This document shows, in pieces, positions 25,657 to 38,397 of a DNA stretch of 64,000 nt (position 1 is the first letter of the stretch; the number at the start of each line of letters is the position of its first letter). The stretch spans positions 13,950,001-14,014,000 of the forward strand of contig CM060733.1 of NCBI GenBank assembly GCA_030704615.1, in the 5' to 3' direction. Position numbers and translations under genes: made by a program. The DNA comes from Takakia lepidozioides (lineage: Eukaryota; Plantae; Bryophyta). The notes beneath the pieces were generated by a model. It saw only the letters and a program-made list of their open reading frames with translations, made no database searches and was not told the origin of the DNA.

Positions 25657-25735
25657 CTTATCAAGCCTGTTGTCGTGCCACTGTGAAGGATATCACCAGA
25701 ACTCCTGCCAAGCCAATCTGTGCCAGTTTCTTGAC
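25657..25735 (-). pseudogene. OSB-type PDF motif, first half-exon upstream of PPR2
   Basis: TGCAG|G-SRNWHRLAWQEFW*YPSQWHDNRLDK|GTGAGG, with one in-frame TGA. The downstream intron (25410-25475) is homologous to 15418-15495. Confidence 0.65.
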
Positions 25736-25899
25736 CTGCATGAAAGAGCTGCAAGAATGTGAGAACCTTGTCAGCTTCCTTATTGTACACTATTTTGGTA
25801 ACTCGGGATAAAATTTCTGCAACCTCACTCCACCGCAGAAAACATACCAATTATAAAAGTCGCCGCAGTCGGCACTGAAGGAGTTTGTGGTTGACGTAG

Positions 25900-26300
25900 C
25901 CAACCTTCACACCAGGCTGACAAAGCATGATTTGCTGCAGCCCTCGATTGACCAGAGCCTGTCCGGCGACCATATATCTGCATTAAAGACGAGGGAGCAT
26001 CTCGCCTTCCATATATGTCAGAGGGCAAGTGCCCAAAGGGAGCACCATAGATGCCAAGAGTGCCAGGAGGAAGAGCAGTTAGAACTCAAAAGGGGAATGG
26101 CAGGGTCAGTGATGGTAATATGTTTCCAAGGCAGGCAGAAAGAGTGAACTTTGGACCAAATCGAACTGGCAAAGGAGCAGGAGAAAAACCATTGCTCCAG
26201 AGATTCTTCCATCCCTTGGACTCCAGATCCTGCAATAGTTGCTTGGGGGCACTCCAGAGCCAGAAGTGGACAGAATACTCCAAAGGTATACACTATACAC
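25900..26300 (-). mobile_element. L1-type LINE 3' fragment (zf-RVT region)
   Basis: EESLEQWFFSCSFASSIW ... AL*HIWKARCSLVF. Confidence 0.65.
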
Positions 26301-26892
26301 TGTGCTTGCTTGGAGGCACTATGATGAGAGACCCATTGCAGAAAACTCCAAACCCAGAAAGTCAGAAGAGAAATAAACATGTCACTCTGTCTGTCCAAAT
26401 TTTGGGCCATGCGGTGAAGATCTCGCATTTCCCCACCTTTGAGTTAGGGGCCCAATTTTTGGCCAGGTCTAAGAAAATTTAAAACATTTTGTTTTGTAGA
26501 AATTGGATGACGGATTCGATTCGCATGAGGCTGTAGCAGGGAGCATTTCATGTAAGTACGTGACATCCTGCATCCAACAAAGCAAGAATGAGACCAAATG
26601 GCCAAGAATATTGCTCACGATGGTCGCTCAAAGATAGGGGGGTCAAAATCACAGATGTGAGCCTTGCTACTTGGTGAGTGTAATTTCCAGTGTTGGGCGG
26701 TTCTTGCATTTGTGAAGGAACCTTCGGTTTCGGTTCCACAATTATTTCAAGAGACGGTTCCGGTCCGGTTCCGGATCCAACTTTTAACCATGGGGGCAGT
26801 TCTGGTTACCAGTTAGTTGCTGATAAAAACCACCGGTTCCGGTTTTATTTTTAAAATGTTTTTTTAATTTAATTAGATTTAAAATATTTTTA

Positions 26893-27505
26893 TCAGTCCG
26901 GGAATAGATAGCACCTTAAGTGTGTCATGGCCCACACCGCAGCTAAGCACTCCCCCTCATATGAGCTATACTTAGACTCTGCAGCGTTGTTCGAGCGGCT
27001 AGCATAAGCCACTACGAACTCTCTTATCTCATCATCCACCTGTGTGAGCACCGCTCCAAGCCCCAGCATGCTCCAATCCGTATGCAACTGAAAGAGACGC
27101 CCCCCGATAGGTCGTCTCAGGATAGGCGCTGAGGTCAACCTCGCCTTGAGCTCTTGAAAAGCTCGGTCCTGCTCATCTTCCCACTGCCACTCCTGGTCCA
27201 CCTTGGTCACCTTGGTTAGAGCTTTTGTAATGGCACTAAATCTCCAAGCCCAGCATGCTCCAATCCGGATGCAACTGAAAGAGACGCCCACGATAGGTCG
27301 TCTCAGGATAGGCGCTGAGGTCAACCTCGCCTTGAGCTCTTGAAAAGCTCGGTCCTGCTCATCTTCCCACTGCCATCCTGGTCCACCTTGGTCACCTTGG
27401 TTAGAGCTTTTGTAATGGCACTAAATCCCTTGACAAACCGTCTATAATAGTTTGTCAATCCCATGAAAGCTCGAACTCGGCCTATATCCGTGGGGCGTGG
27501 AATCT
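26893..27505 (-). mobile_element. Ty3/gypsy pol fragment (RT-RNase H) with an internal ~187-bp tandem duplication
   Basis: VRAFMGLTNYYRRFVKGFS, FQLHTDWS, VVAYASRSNNAAESKYSSYEGECLA. 27054-27242 is repeated at 27242-27427. Confidence 0.85.
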
Positions 27506-29974
27506 GTGTGGATTTTATTTTTATTTTTTTCACTCTGACTGTTCACGGCCTTCCGTGGCTCCAACCACCACGATTCCTCACGGCCCGCCCTGGGCGGGGC
27601 TCGTTGGCCACAGGCTGCCCGTGATACCCCGTGGTACCACGCCACGAGCCTTCACGGCCCGCCATCCCCACGGTCTGGTCACTGTGCCAACCCGTGGTGT
27701 CTGCACCACGACTTCCCACGGTCACGGTCAACAATTCCCTGCATTCACAGGAACTCCACATGAGTTCCCATGCGTTCTCAATCGCTCCCGGGACGTTCCC
27801 ACACGTTCTCGAACTCTCCCCGAGCTGGGGTTTGCTCCTGCACATGCTGCCGCTGAGTTATGGCTTTTACGGAGCCATCAGTCCCGTCATCCTGCACTCC
27901 TGAGCTCTCAGGGCCCACTAGAAGCGCCCCCAATTCAACAAGCACGCTATATGCTACCCAACAAGCTTCATTTCTTCATGAAACGCAAAAAAAACGAATC
28001 TGAAAATACACATCTTTACAAACTTGGTGCACATGCACTTCTCATGCATATCCCCAGGCTCGGGGACGCCTCGCTGCTGCCCTTCCAGCCCCGCTCTTGC
28101 CACTCCAAGAGCCCTTACACTGTTGAGTTTCAGATTGAAACTCCAACTCAGTACATGTTTCACAAGTGCACTAATTTGCACATAAGAGGGACCAGCCCTC
28201 TCTCTTCACTCATACCTCTTCATGAGCTTGGAGATGAAGCTCCCAACGGGCTACAATGCATCCCCTCGCAGCTCCACCATTCGGCTGCTCCTCATCTACC
28301 CGCAAAAACTAGTTTCGGGCAGAAATACCTGGAGCTGATCATATCATCACCAATCTGCAGCATGCTAGCTTCCCATGCGCAGCCCACATTTCTGCGGCTC
28401 CTTAACTCGGCCTGCAGCTGAAGAAGACGACCACCAATTCGTCCACTCGTGACCAGCATCTCCTCTGCTTCACACTAGAAGCCCAAACTTGGTTGTCATA
28501 ACGTTGAGCTATGCAACACTGACCGCCTCTCTATCCATTGCAAACCTGCAACCTGTTCGCCTTCGCACTCTATCCGCTTTGGATAGGTTCATGCACGGAT
28601 CCCTGCACTCTAGGCTGAACCGCTTTTCATGATCTGAAAACACAAGTGCTACAACTAACTCGAACTTGGCACTCACAGACTCGAGCTGATCTTTCTCGAG
28701 TGATAAAGAAAGAAATGATACAAGCATACAAGCTCTCTCAAACTCACACACTTGCACATGAAAACATCACTCATATATTAAACCGAGCCAAGTGCACCCC
28801 ACGCCATGGGGAATCCACACTACGGCGCCATAGCTAGACGCGGTGAGGCTCAACTCGAGAAAGATGAGCCCACCGCGATCTGTCGTGAAGATAACAACGT
28901 CAGGGCCCAAACATATATTTGGCCCCTGGATTGACACTTGGGCCAATCCCAAATATCAATATATCAAAACTAACTATTTTCTAGCTAGTTTCACACTAGT
29001 GGTAAAATAACTTGACAGGCAGCTTTGCGAGTGAATATTCTAAATATCTGGAACCATGGTTGAAATTGTGAACCCAGCAGAATGCTTCCATCACCAACAA
29101 CAAAAGAACTCTACCTCCAAAACAAAATTTGATCCATGAACTCCAACAGAAGTGTGTTTTACATGCTATCCTAGGACATCCTACAATTCCTTAAACAAGA
29201 CTATTAATTCATGCACAAACACATGGAACTGATAGTCTTTGATGTAATTTTCTCTCGAATCCAAAGAGGGATTTGAACAAATGGTTGCAATATTGAATTG
29301 CAAGAAAATCACACATAGAACTTTATGGCAAAGTATTGTATCTCACGACTGACTCTTTCTTATAAGAGATTTTTGCAGCTCTCCGTATCTTCCTTCTCCA
29401 TGGGTTGTTGACTCACCATTTGTGTTGCCAAAATGTTTTAAAGTCTTTGTGAAGCCTTAGAAACGTCATGTAATGGGTGTGGTTCAATCCATGCCTCGGG
29501 TTTGTCTAGTGGTTATTTTGAGGAATCCGTGTCTGCCATTGGTGGGAATGAATACTCAGACGTGGAGGGAATTTTTTTGTCATCAAGCCTGATGGAGTTA
29601 AGGAGGGCTTGGTAGGTTATTTTCAATTTCCTTAGTTTGTTATCAATCTATAGTTTGTCAATTCTTCTTCATTTGGTTAGGTAAGCACAAATGATTTTTA
29701 CTTCTGTTTGTGGACTATTGGCAGGTTTCTGACATCATCCGACTATTTGAACACAAAGAGTTCAAATTGGTGGGCATGCAACTTGAAGTACTGCCAAACC
29801 TAAGTTGGCTGCCATATTGGGTGACAACCTCAGCATCGACCTTGTTGTTGCCATGGTAAGTACTTTATTTTATGAGTTCAGCTTCTGTTAGTTAAGACTT
29901 ATCCTAAGATGTAATGGGTCGTAATGGTGACATTTTATTTCGCCTTGTTTTCATGGCCGAGGGAATGGGAGATT

Positions 29975-30225
29975 GAGGGCTTATCTTAGCTCCGATCCCT
30001 AGGTAGCATGGTTGCCGACATTTACTCTATCATTTATGTTCGTGGTTTCATGGCATAGTGGAGCATGTTATAATTGTGCATATTAATCTACAAAGATCAA
30101 GGGCTTATCTTAGCTTGGATCCCTAGGTAGCATGGTTAATGCAGACATTTAGTCCGTCCTTTTCTTTAAAATAAATGCAGTGATTTGAGGGGGTTTTATC
30201 CTAGCTATGGCCTCTAACTAGCATT
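29975..30225. repeat. Three degenerate direct repeats (~40-bp core)
   Basis: AGGGCTTATCTTAGCT..GATCCCTAGGTAGCATGGTT at ~29976 and ~30100, and a degenerate copy at ~30188. Confidence 0.6.
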
Positions 30226-30833
30226 GTTGCATTTTTTTTTTTGGACTCTTTTTGGAGCAAAACATACTCAGTGGAGCAACCCATTTCCATTATTCAACAA
30301 TCTCAGCACAAGTCAAGCTTGAAAACAACTCCAACCGTGACAACCTTTCGATAAGACTAATGGTGAGATAGAATAAGAGAAAACAAGCTTGAAAGGCAAA
30401 ATTGCAAGAGGAAAGGTCCAACAAATAAAGCACGAGACTAACAATAATAATCTAAAGATTGCAATGTCGTGCCGCCATGGATGATGATTTTGAAGGTCAC
30501 CATAATTTTTTTTAAGAAAGAGAAATATATGACGATGATATCCTCAACTTTCACTGCAATTTTCCACCCATCAAATCATGCATCATCCAGTTTAACCTCA
30601 ATTTCTGCACAGTAACATAATCATCTCTATCCTCAAACTTCAAACATATGATTATTGGATTATTATAAACAGATTGAACTTTGAACCAACACCTACAAAA
30701 TCTTGTTCACCGATTTACGTGATTGAAGCATCCACGTGCAACACGGGCGCATCAGATGGTATGATCGTTGATATTGATTTCCCTTACTTTTTGACAAACG
30801 TCAATTTTCATTGTCATCTTGATCCGCAACTAC

Positions 30834-31447
30834 TATCACGGACATAGCCCAAAGGAACTTACGAGGAGTAAATACCAGAAGTTACCATGTTACCGGAAGT
30901 TATCATGATCTATCATTAATTACCAAGTTACCGGAAGTTTACCAAATTACCAATAGTAACTTGGGAAACTGCTCAGGAAGCTTCTTTTGGAGGAAACTTC
31001 TCCATCAAGATACCTCCTTTGTTTAAGGAAGCTTCTCCATCAAGAAATATTTGTTTAATCTTGGAAACTTCTCCAGCAAGAAACCTCCATAGGGGAAGTT
31101 TCCTAGGGAAGCTTTTTAGTAGCCAGTATATATAGGAGGCAAGACTGAACACTCTTCAGTCTTGCCAACACCAGTTCAAGCTACTCTTGTTTCCAGTTTC
31201 CAGTACTCTAGTCCAGTTCCCAATACTCTAGCCCAATTTCCAGTATCTGGTACTCCAGTCCAGTTTCCAGCATTCTAGTATTCAAGTCGTGTTCCAATAT
31301 CTTGTACTCTTGTTCATTGTTATAAAGATCGTCTTGATTCCTATTTATTCATCGTGCATTCGGTCACGCTGACCTTGACTTCTTGTCTAGTCTTGTATCT
31401 CTAGTCTGATCTCTTGTTTGTATTCAGTCATGTTTTTGTCCCTGACA
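30834..31447 (+). repeat. 5' LTR (614 bp)
   Basis: Aligns with 36311-36850. TATATATA at 31127-31134. Carries extra GGAAACTTCTCCATCAAGA-type repeats. Confidence 0.92.
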
Positions 31448-34400
31448 GTTTGGCGAGACTAAAGTTTGTTCTTTAGTTAATTAAGATGGAAGACACCTTT
31501 GCGGAAATGGTCGCCACATTGCAGAGTCTTCGGTTCCAGATGCAAGAACTTCGTACCTCTATCGCCCAATTGCAAGCTGATCAGTCTTAAGATCTTGACA
31601 ACGCTCTCCACAATTTGCAACAACAAATTTCAGAGTTAAAAGAGTCGAATAATAGATCTTCAACCATACGAGTCTCTACCGCAACAGCTCGTACTACAAC
31701 GGTTTCTCTTCAACAGATTACGAGAGAATCAAAGATCAGCATGCCCGAGAAATTTGATGGGACGAGATCAAGATTTCGCGGTTTTGTTCAATAAGTATGA
31801 CTGTTCCTACGATTACATCAACAACGCTACCCCGATGAAGGTATTTAAGTGGGATTCGTGGGCACTCTTCTATCAAGCACTGCCCTATCTTGGTTTGCAC
31901 TGCTATTAGAAAAAAATTCGCATTTACTATATAATTTTGAAGCATTCATATCCGAGTTCACTGCAACGTTTGGAGATAATGATAGAGCAAGAGTTGCAGA
32001 GACAAAGATGCGAAATCTTTGACAACGAGCACGTCCTGCTTCCGTTTATGCAGCCGAATTTCGACAACTTACGTGCGACCTCCACTGGAATGAGAAGAGC
32101 CTCATTAGTCAGTTTAGATGTGGGCTAAAAGATGTTGTAAAAGATTTGTTGCTGACAATGCCAAACGTGAGTATACTGAGCGAATTCATCACCCAAGTCA
32201 TTGCATGCGATAATCGCTTGTTCGAAAGACGTCAAGAGAAGCGATCTGGATGGTCGACGACGCACCATGCCGCTGCTACTACAGCACCAAACACAACGAT
32301 CCATCAGACATCCGGTAATGATCATATGCAGATTGATGCTGTCCGATTCAAACCATTGACGTCACAAGAAAAACAAAGACGGCGCTCGAATGGATTATGC
32401 CTTTATTGCGGAGAAGATGATCACATAGCATTAAACTGCCCCAACAAGAGAAGATTCAAAGCTCGGGGCACAACTCAAGTGTTCGATACGAAAAGGTCGG
32501 AAAACAAAGATGTCCAGTCATAGTAGGGCATATTATTTTCAATGTCATCAAGTCTCCAACAAATCCTGTGATCCTTGGATTTCCCTGGTTTGTATTTCAT
32601 AATCTTGACATCGACTGACGATCACGAAAAATTTCGGCAAGACAAAAATATAAAAGTACCAAAGGTATTCAACCCATGTTTCTTGGAGCTAGAGCCTTCA
32701 TGAGAGCTATGAAGAAAGACGCAACATTTGCACTTTATGCGACTCCGATCAAAACCACAACAGACCAAGGTACTTCGACATTGCCCACTCAATATCAAGA
32801 TTTCAAGGATGTCTTCGAGAAGAAAAATGCAGACATGTTGCCAGAACATCGACCATATGATTGTGCAATTGAGTTGTAAGAAGGAGCTCAACCACCATTC
32901 GGCCCGATCTACAATTTATCTCAGACGAAGCTAATTGCTTTACGCGAATACATTGATGAAAATTTGTCAAAGAATTTCATTCGACATTCAAAATCACCCG
33001 CGGGAGCACTTATCTTATTTGTGAAGAAGAAAGACGGATCGTTATGCATGTGTGTGGACTATCAAAGTCACTATAAAAAATTGTTACCCACTGCTGCTGA
33101 TTTCCGGACTCCTCGAACAATTTGGACGAACAAATTTTTTCACATAGATCGACTTAAGAGGAGCTTACAATCTTGTACGAATAAAAAAAAGAAACGAATG
33201 AAAGACTGTTTTTCGCATAAGGTACGGACATTTCGAATACAATATTATGCCTTTCGGTCTTACAAATGCTCCAGCAATTTTTCAACACATGATGAATGAC
33301 ATATTTCGAGAATTTTTGAATGACTTTGTAGTCATCTATTTGAACGACATTTTGATATTTTCACAGAATGAAGAAGAACATGGTCGCCATGTACGCCTTG
33401 TCCTTGATAAATTGAGAGGAAAATGACTATATGTCAAGTTGGAAAAATGTCTTTTTCACCAATCTGAAGTCGAATTTTTGGGCTACATTATTTCTGACAA
33501 ATGAGTCTTTATGGATCAGAAGAAAATACAAACCATCATCGAGTGGATTAAACCAACTTCGGTCCGCGATGTACAATGTTTTCTAGGATTTGCAAATTAC
33601 TATAGAATCTTCATCAATGACTACTCCAAGATTGCTGCACCATTGACACAACTCACAGGAAATGACAAATTTGTATAGGACGAGAAGGCTGACCAAGCAT
33701 TTGAAAGGCTGAAGCAGACATTTACAACGGCTCCAATACTGGTACATGCAGATCCATCTAAACCATTTTTTTTGGAAGTAGATGCATCGGACTTTGCACT
33801 TGACGCGGTACTCTCTCAATATGGTACAGATGGCCGACTTCACCTTCTTGGTTTTCGTTCTTGCAAATTTTTCGCTGCGGAGATCAATTATGAAATCCAT
33901 GACAAATAACTTCTAGCGATTATCGATGCTTTTGAGGAGTGACATCATCTATTGGAGAGAGGTAAACATCAGATCACAGTCTATACTGATCACAAAAACC
34001 TCAAGTATTTTATGAGTGCTCATGTTTTGAATCGACGTCAAGCGAGATGGAGTATGTCACTAGCAAGGTTTGATTTTGTTATTACCTATCATCCCGGACA
34101 TCTTCAAGGAAAACTAGATGCTATTTCTCGACGATCGTATCTTGCGTCAAAAGAAATGATGTAGCTTTTGACCAACAGAAATCCATCATCTTGAAACCAT
34201 CAAATCTCCAATTGAATATGCTATCCATGTCCACCTATGATGATGTAGAGATCATAAAAGAGATTCAGGAAGCATTGAAGAGCGACAAATTTGCTACGAC
34301 ACTACGAAGTCAACTAAATCGACTTCGAGACAACCCACATGTTACAAACGACTTCGAATTCAAAGATGATTTATTTTATTTCAAGGGACTTCTCTATGTA

Positions 34401-35781
34401 CCTCCAGGACCTACACGACTTCGAATCTTCAAACATGTCATGATCTTCAAGCTGCAGGACATTTCGGCTTCAACAAAATAATGGAATTGATATCCAGGGA
34501 CTACTGGTGCGCAGATGCGGAAACTCGTGAAAGAATTTATAAAATCTTGCGACACGTATGTTAGAGCGAATGGACCACGACATCGACCTTACGGCCTTCT
34601 TCAACCATTACCCATTCCCAAGGGGCCATGGTCGTCCGTGTCTATGGACTTTATTACGGACCTTCCAATTTCCAAGACTACCGATTCAATCCTTGTTATT
34701 GTTGATCGTTTTACGACGATGACACATTTCATTCCATGTAATAAGACGGTTACCGGCGAGGATACTGCAAGACTCTTCATCAATAATACCTACCACATTC
34801 ATGGACTCCCTAAGGACATCGTATCTGATCGAGGACCACAGTTCATATCAAATTTTTGGAGGGAATTATTTCACATATTGGATATTAAGATCAACTTCTC
34901 TACAGCTAATCATCCACATACTGATGGTCAAACCGAACGTGTAAACCAAATTTTGGAGCAGTATCTTCGCTGTACGATAAATTATCACCAAGATAATTGA
35001 ACGGACCTTCTGTCATTGGCTGAGTTTGCCTACAACAACACTATACATTCTTTGACCAAGCAAACTTCATTTTTCTATAATTATGGTTATCATCCTCGAG
35101 CAAACCCCTTTCCACATGAAGACTGTTGGAAGCCCTGCTGCAGAAAACCTTGCTACTTATCTCGTTACGATTCACAAAGAGCTTACATTCCACCTCGCAG
35201 AAGCTCAAAAACAATACAAGGAGTATGCAGAGCAACGTTGTCAACTCCAACCCCAGTTCAAGGTCGGAGATCGTGTGTGGCTTCTTCGAGGGGACATACA
35301 AACCTCGCGACCATCAAGGAAGTTGGATCATCAACGTCTGGGACCATTCAAGATTATTCAACAAATAAATCAGGTCAGTTTTCGGCTTGAACTCCCACGA
35401 AGTATGCGCATCCATCCAGTCTTTCATGTTTTATTATTGGAGTTGTATCATCCATCGAATATTCCAGGGAGAGTCTCCGTATCACCTCCACCAATCGAAG
35501 TCAATCATGGAATTGAGTATGAAGTCGACGAAGTCCTAGACTCTCGCATCAAGTATAAACGTCTTGAGTATTTCGTACATTGAAATTGCTATAACATCAG
35601 CGAACGAACGTGAGAACCTTCATCCACCCTCGCCAATGCATCTGACAAAGTCCAAGGGTTTCATCAACGATATCGAGCTAAGGCCCAAGCTACACGTCAA
35701 TAAGACGTCACAACGATGATGTCAGCCACGTTAGCTTCAAGGTGAAGACTCCACATTCAATATACTTGATACACGTTAGAG

Positions 35782-36249
35782 ATGAGCACTACACATCAGT
35801 ATATATAGCTACACTTCCAACACTTCCAACACTCTTGCATCTTGTATTGGCAGTATGAAGTCACAGGAACCAGATACATTGGAGTTGTCGCTTACCCAGC
35901 TACCAGATCAGCCGTACCGACTCTCACGACCTTCAACATCAAGCCAACGCTCTCGAGACAATGGGCCACTTATACGACGCATACTTCCTCGTCTGGACCC
36001 CGTACCAGGCAAGTGGAGCCTACTTGAAGTATGATAATTTTGTTGGAGATTGAGGTTTCGGACCCAGAGGACAACGAAATCATGTTTGAAGGCAGCTCCG
36101 AAAATCAGAATGTTCAAATCATTGCGTGGTCCCAAGTTCAAGGTGTTGGACACTATCGATGGTTGCAGGGACCTATAAATCATTTGAGTCAAGAACGAAG
36201 AGCCGAATACTTGGCAAGTACCATTCGCCGGATTTTGGATTTTCTCTAA
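35782..36249 (+). pseudogene. Additional ORF of unknown function between pol and the 3' LTR
   Basis: One ~155-codon frame from the ATG at 35782, interrupted only by a TAG (~35806) and a TGA (36025). Confidence 0.45.
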
Positions 36250-36310
36250 CTCTAAGCAAGTCCAAAATTTTACCGCTCATCGAGGAACTCGACGCTAGAG
36301 GAGGGGGTGA

Positions 36311-36850
36311 TGTCACGGAGATAGCCAAGAGGAACTTACCAGGAGTAAATACCAGAAATAACCATATTACCGGAAGTTACTATGATCTACCATGATTTAT
36401 CATTAATTACCAAGTTACCGGGAGTTTACCAAATTACCAAGAGTAACTTGGGAAACTGTTCATGAAGCTTTCTTTGGAGGAAGCTTCTCCATCAAGAAAC
36501 CTCCATAGGGGAAGCTTCTTAGTAGCCAGTATATATAGGAGGCGAGATCGGACACTCTTTTGTCTCGCCAACACCAGTTCAAGCTACTCTTGTTTCCAAT
36601 TTCCAGTACTCCAGTCCAGTTCCCAGTACTCTAGCCCAATTTCCAGTATCTGGTACTCCAGTCCAGTTTCCAACATTATAGTATTCAAGTCGTGTTCCAA
36701 TATTTTGTACTCATGTTCATTGTTATAAAGATCGTCTTGATTCTTATTTACTCATCGTGCATTCGGTCACACTGATCTTGACTTCTTGTCTAGTCTTGTA
36801 TCTCTAGTCTGATCTCTTGTTTGTATTCAGTCATGCTCTCGTCTCTGACA
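36311..36850 (+). repeat. 3' LTR (540 bp)
   Basis: TGTCACGG...CTCTGACA, preceded by a polypurine tract. Confidence 0.92.
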
Positions 36851-38397
36851 ATTACAATGGAGGATTAAATGTATACAAATGCGGAATAAGACGAGATTTA
36901 CCGCAATACATAAGCTGATAATACCACAATGTGACTACGTCATGTTTGTTGGTGACTAAGGTCGGGATCGATGCCACAAACAAATGGATGGTGGACCATA
37001 GTCACAACAACATTCAATGCAAGATGCACAAGATGCGTAAAAAAATGCACAATATGGACGACAACATGTAACGCCAGATATCAGATATCAAACTTGTTGC
37101 ATCAAACATTGTACAAGGTCAAAGATGATGGTGAGTTCATGAAAATATGACAGTTTCATGTGTCTCTGGAGGATATTGTAATGATACACAAATGAAGTGG
37201 TAGTTGTAGATGATATTATATTTGGATTTGGACTATGTGTTTGTACAAGTTATTACAAATGAAATGTTTAATTTATTTCTACTCATTTGTAGCTCACTGG
37301 CGTAAACGAGGCGGGTCATAGTCATGAGCTGGCCTTGTTTTCATTTGAAGGAGCACGCATGCCCATTTTCTGAGATTTGAATGGACACTTGCATTTTCTG
37401 CATTATCCACAATAGAAATCTCCTAAGAGCATTGTTCTAAGTTCTACCCTAATTATTGTATTTTTTCAGTATTTTTAATACATCATATTTTTAAGTTTGG
37501 ATTATTTTATTTTATTAAAATAAACTTGGCTTTATTTGATAACCGGATACTGAACCGCCGGAGCCGAGAGGCCATCCTGACATAAACTCCATTTGTCCAT
37601 AACCGCATGGGGTTGAATTTTGTATTTGTTGCAAACCGGCGTGATATCAAAAACGGGAAAGCTCCAAAACCCGGCAACCGGAGGATGTGAACACAAAGTT
37701 GGAGTTAAACATCTGTAACCGTATGATATAAATAAAATCAAATAACCACACAACACCGTGGAGACATAAGTGCCGCCAAATTGCAAGACAGCTTGCAGCG
37801 AAACACGTGAGAGGTCAGCTCCTATGGCATTCGCGCCTGCTTCACAGCTTTGAAAGGCAGGAGAGGGGAAGAAGGGAGACGATGTGTGAAAATAAAACCC
37901 AAGTTCTTTTCAACGCACTCATCGCAAGCTGCGGAGCTTCATCCACTCATATCTGTCCCTATTCATCACTCAAAAATTCCGTTTTTTTTGGTAAACAAAA
38001 AGATATGGATTTTTTCAAAAATAATATGGGTTGATTTCAATATGGTATTTGAGACCTATGACAGCTTACTATGACTAGGCAACTTGCCAGCTTGTCCAGT
38101 CCAGAACAAAAGAAGCATAATGTGTCAATCTTCTCACAATAAATTCATAATTGCAACAGGGTGGCAAGGCTCCACTGTGCTGCATGCATTTGTTGAAGGA
38201 CACTAGGTACCTTCATTAGGGTTTGCAAGTGAGCTCACAGGGACAAGTAAGTGAAGAGGCCATCTTGGTTTGTCACGCTGGCTTCATCACGCTCGCTCTT
38301 CTCTACTTTCCTGCAACCAGTAGTAGCTTCTTGCAGGGATACGCATCCGCCTTGGCAGCCTCTTCGCGCATCTGCTTGGAGGAGTTTTCATGTAGTT

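Larger units (their letters stand above)
30834..36850 (+). mobile_element. Decayed Ty3/gypsy chromovirus with both LTRs (Tcn1/Tf1-sushi-like)
   Basis: LTRs at 30834-31447 and 36311-36850 (TG/TA...CA). TSD ACTAC/ATTAC. PPT AGAGGAGGGGG just before 36311. gag 31486-32523 (PEKFDG, HMQID, CLYCGEDDHIALNCP), then RT, RNase H, integrase (SVSMDFITDLP, IVSDRGPQF, TDGQTERVNQILEQYLR), GPF/GPY motif and chromodomain EYEVDEVLDSR. Many stops and frameshifts; the protease N-half is deleted. Confidence 0.95.

Noticed and set aside
27555-28421. 288-aa plus-strand ORF
   Set aside because: No recognisable domain; GC-rich, repeat-like sequence inside a TE nest.
29975-30225. CRISPR-like spaced repeats
   Set aside because: Eukaryotic context, only 3 degenerate copies, irregular spacing, no cas genes.
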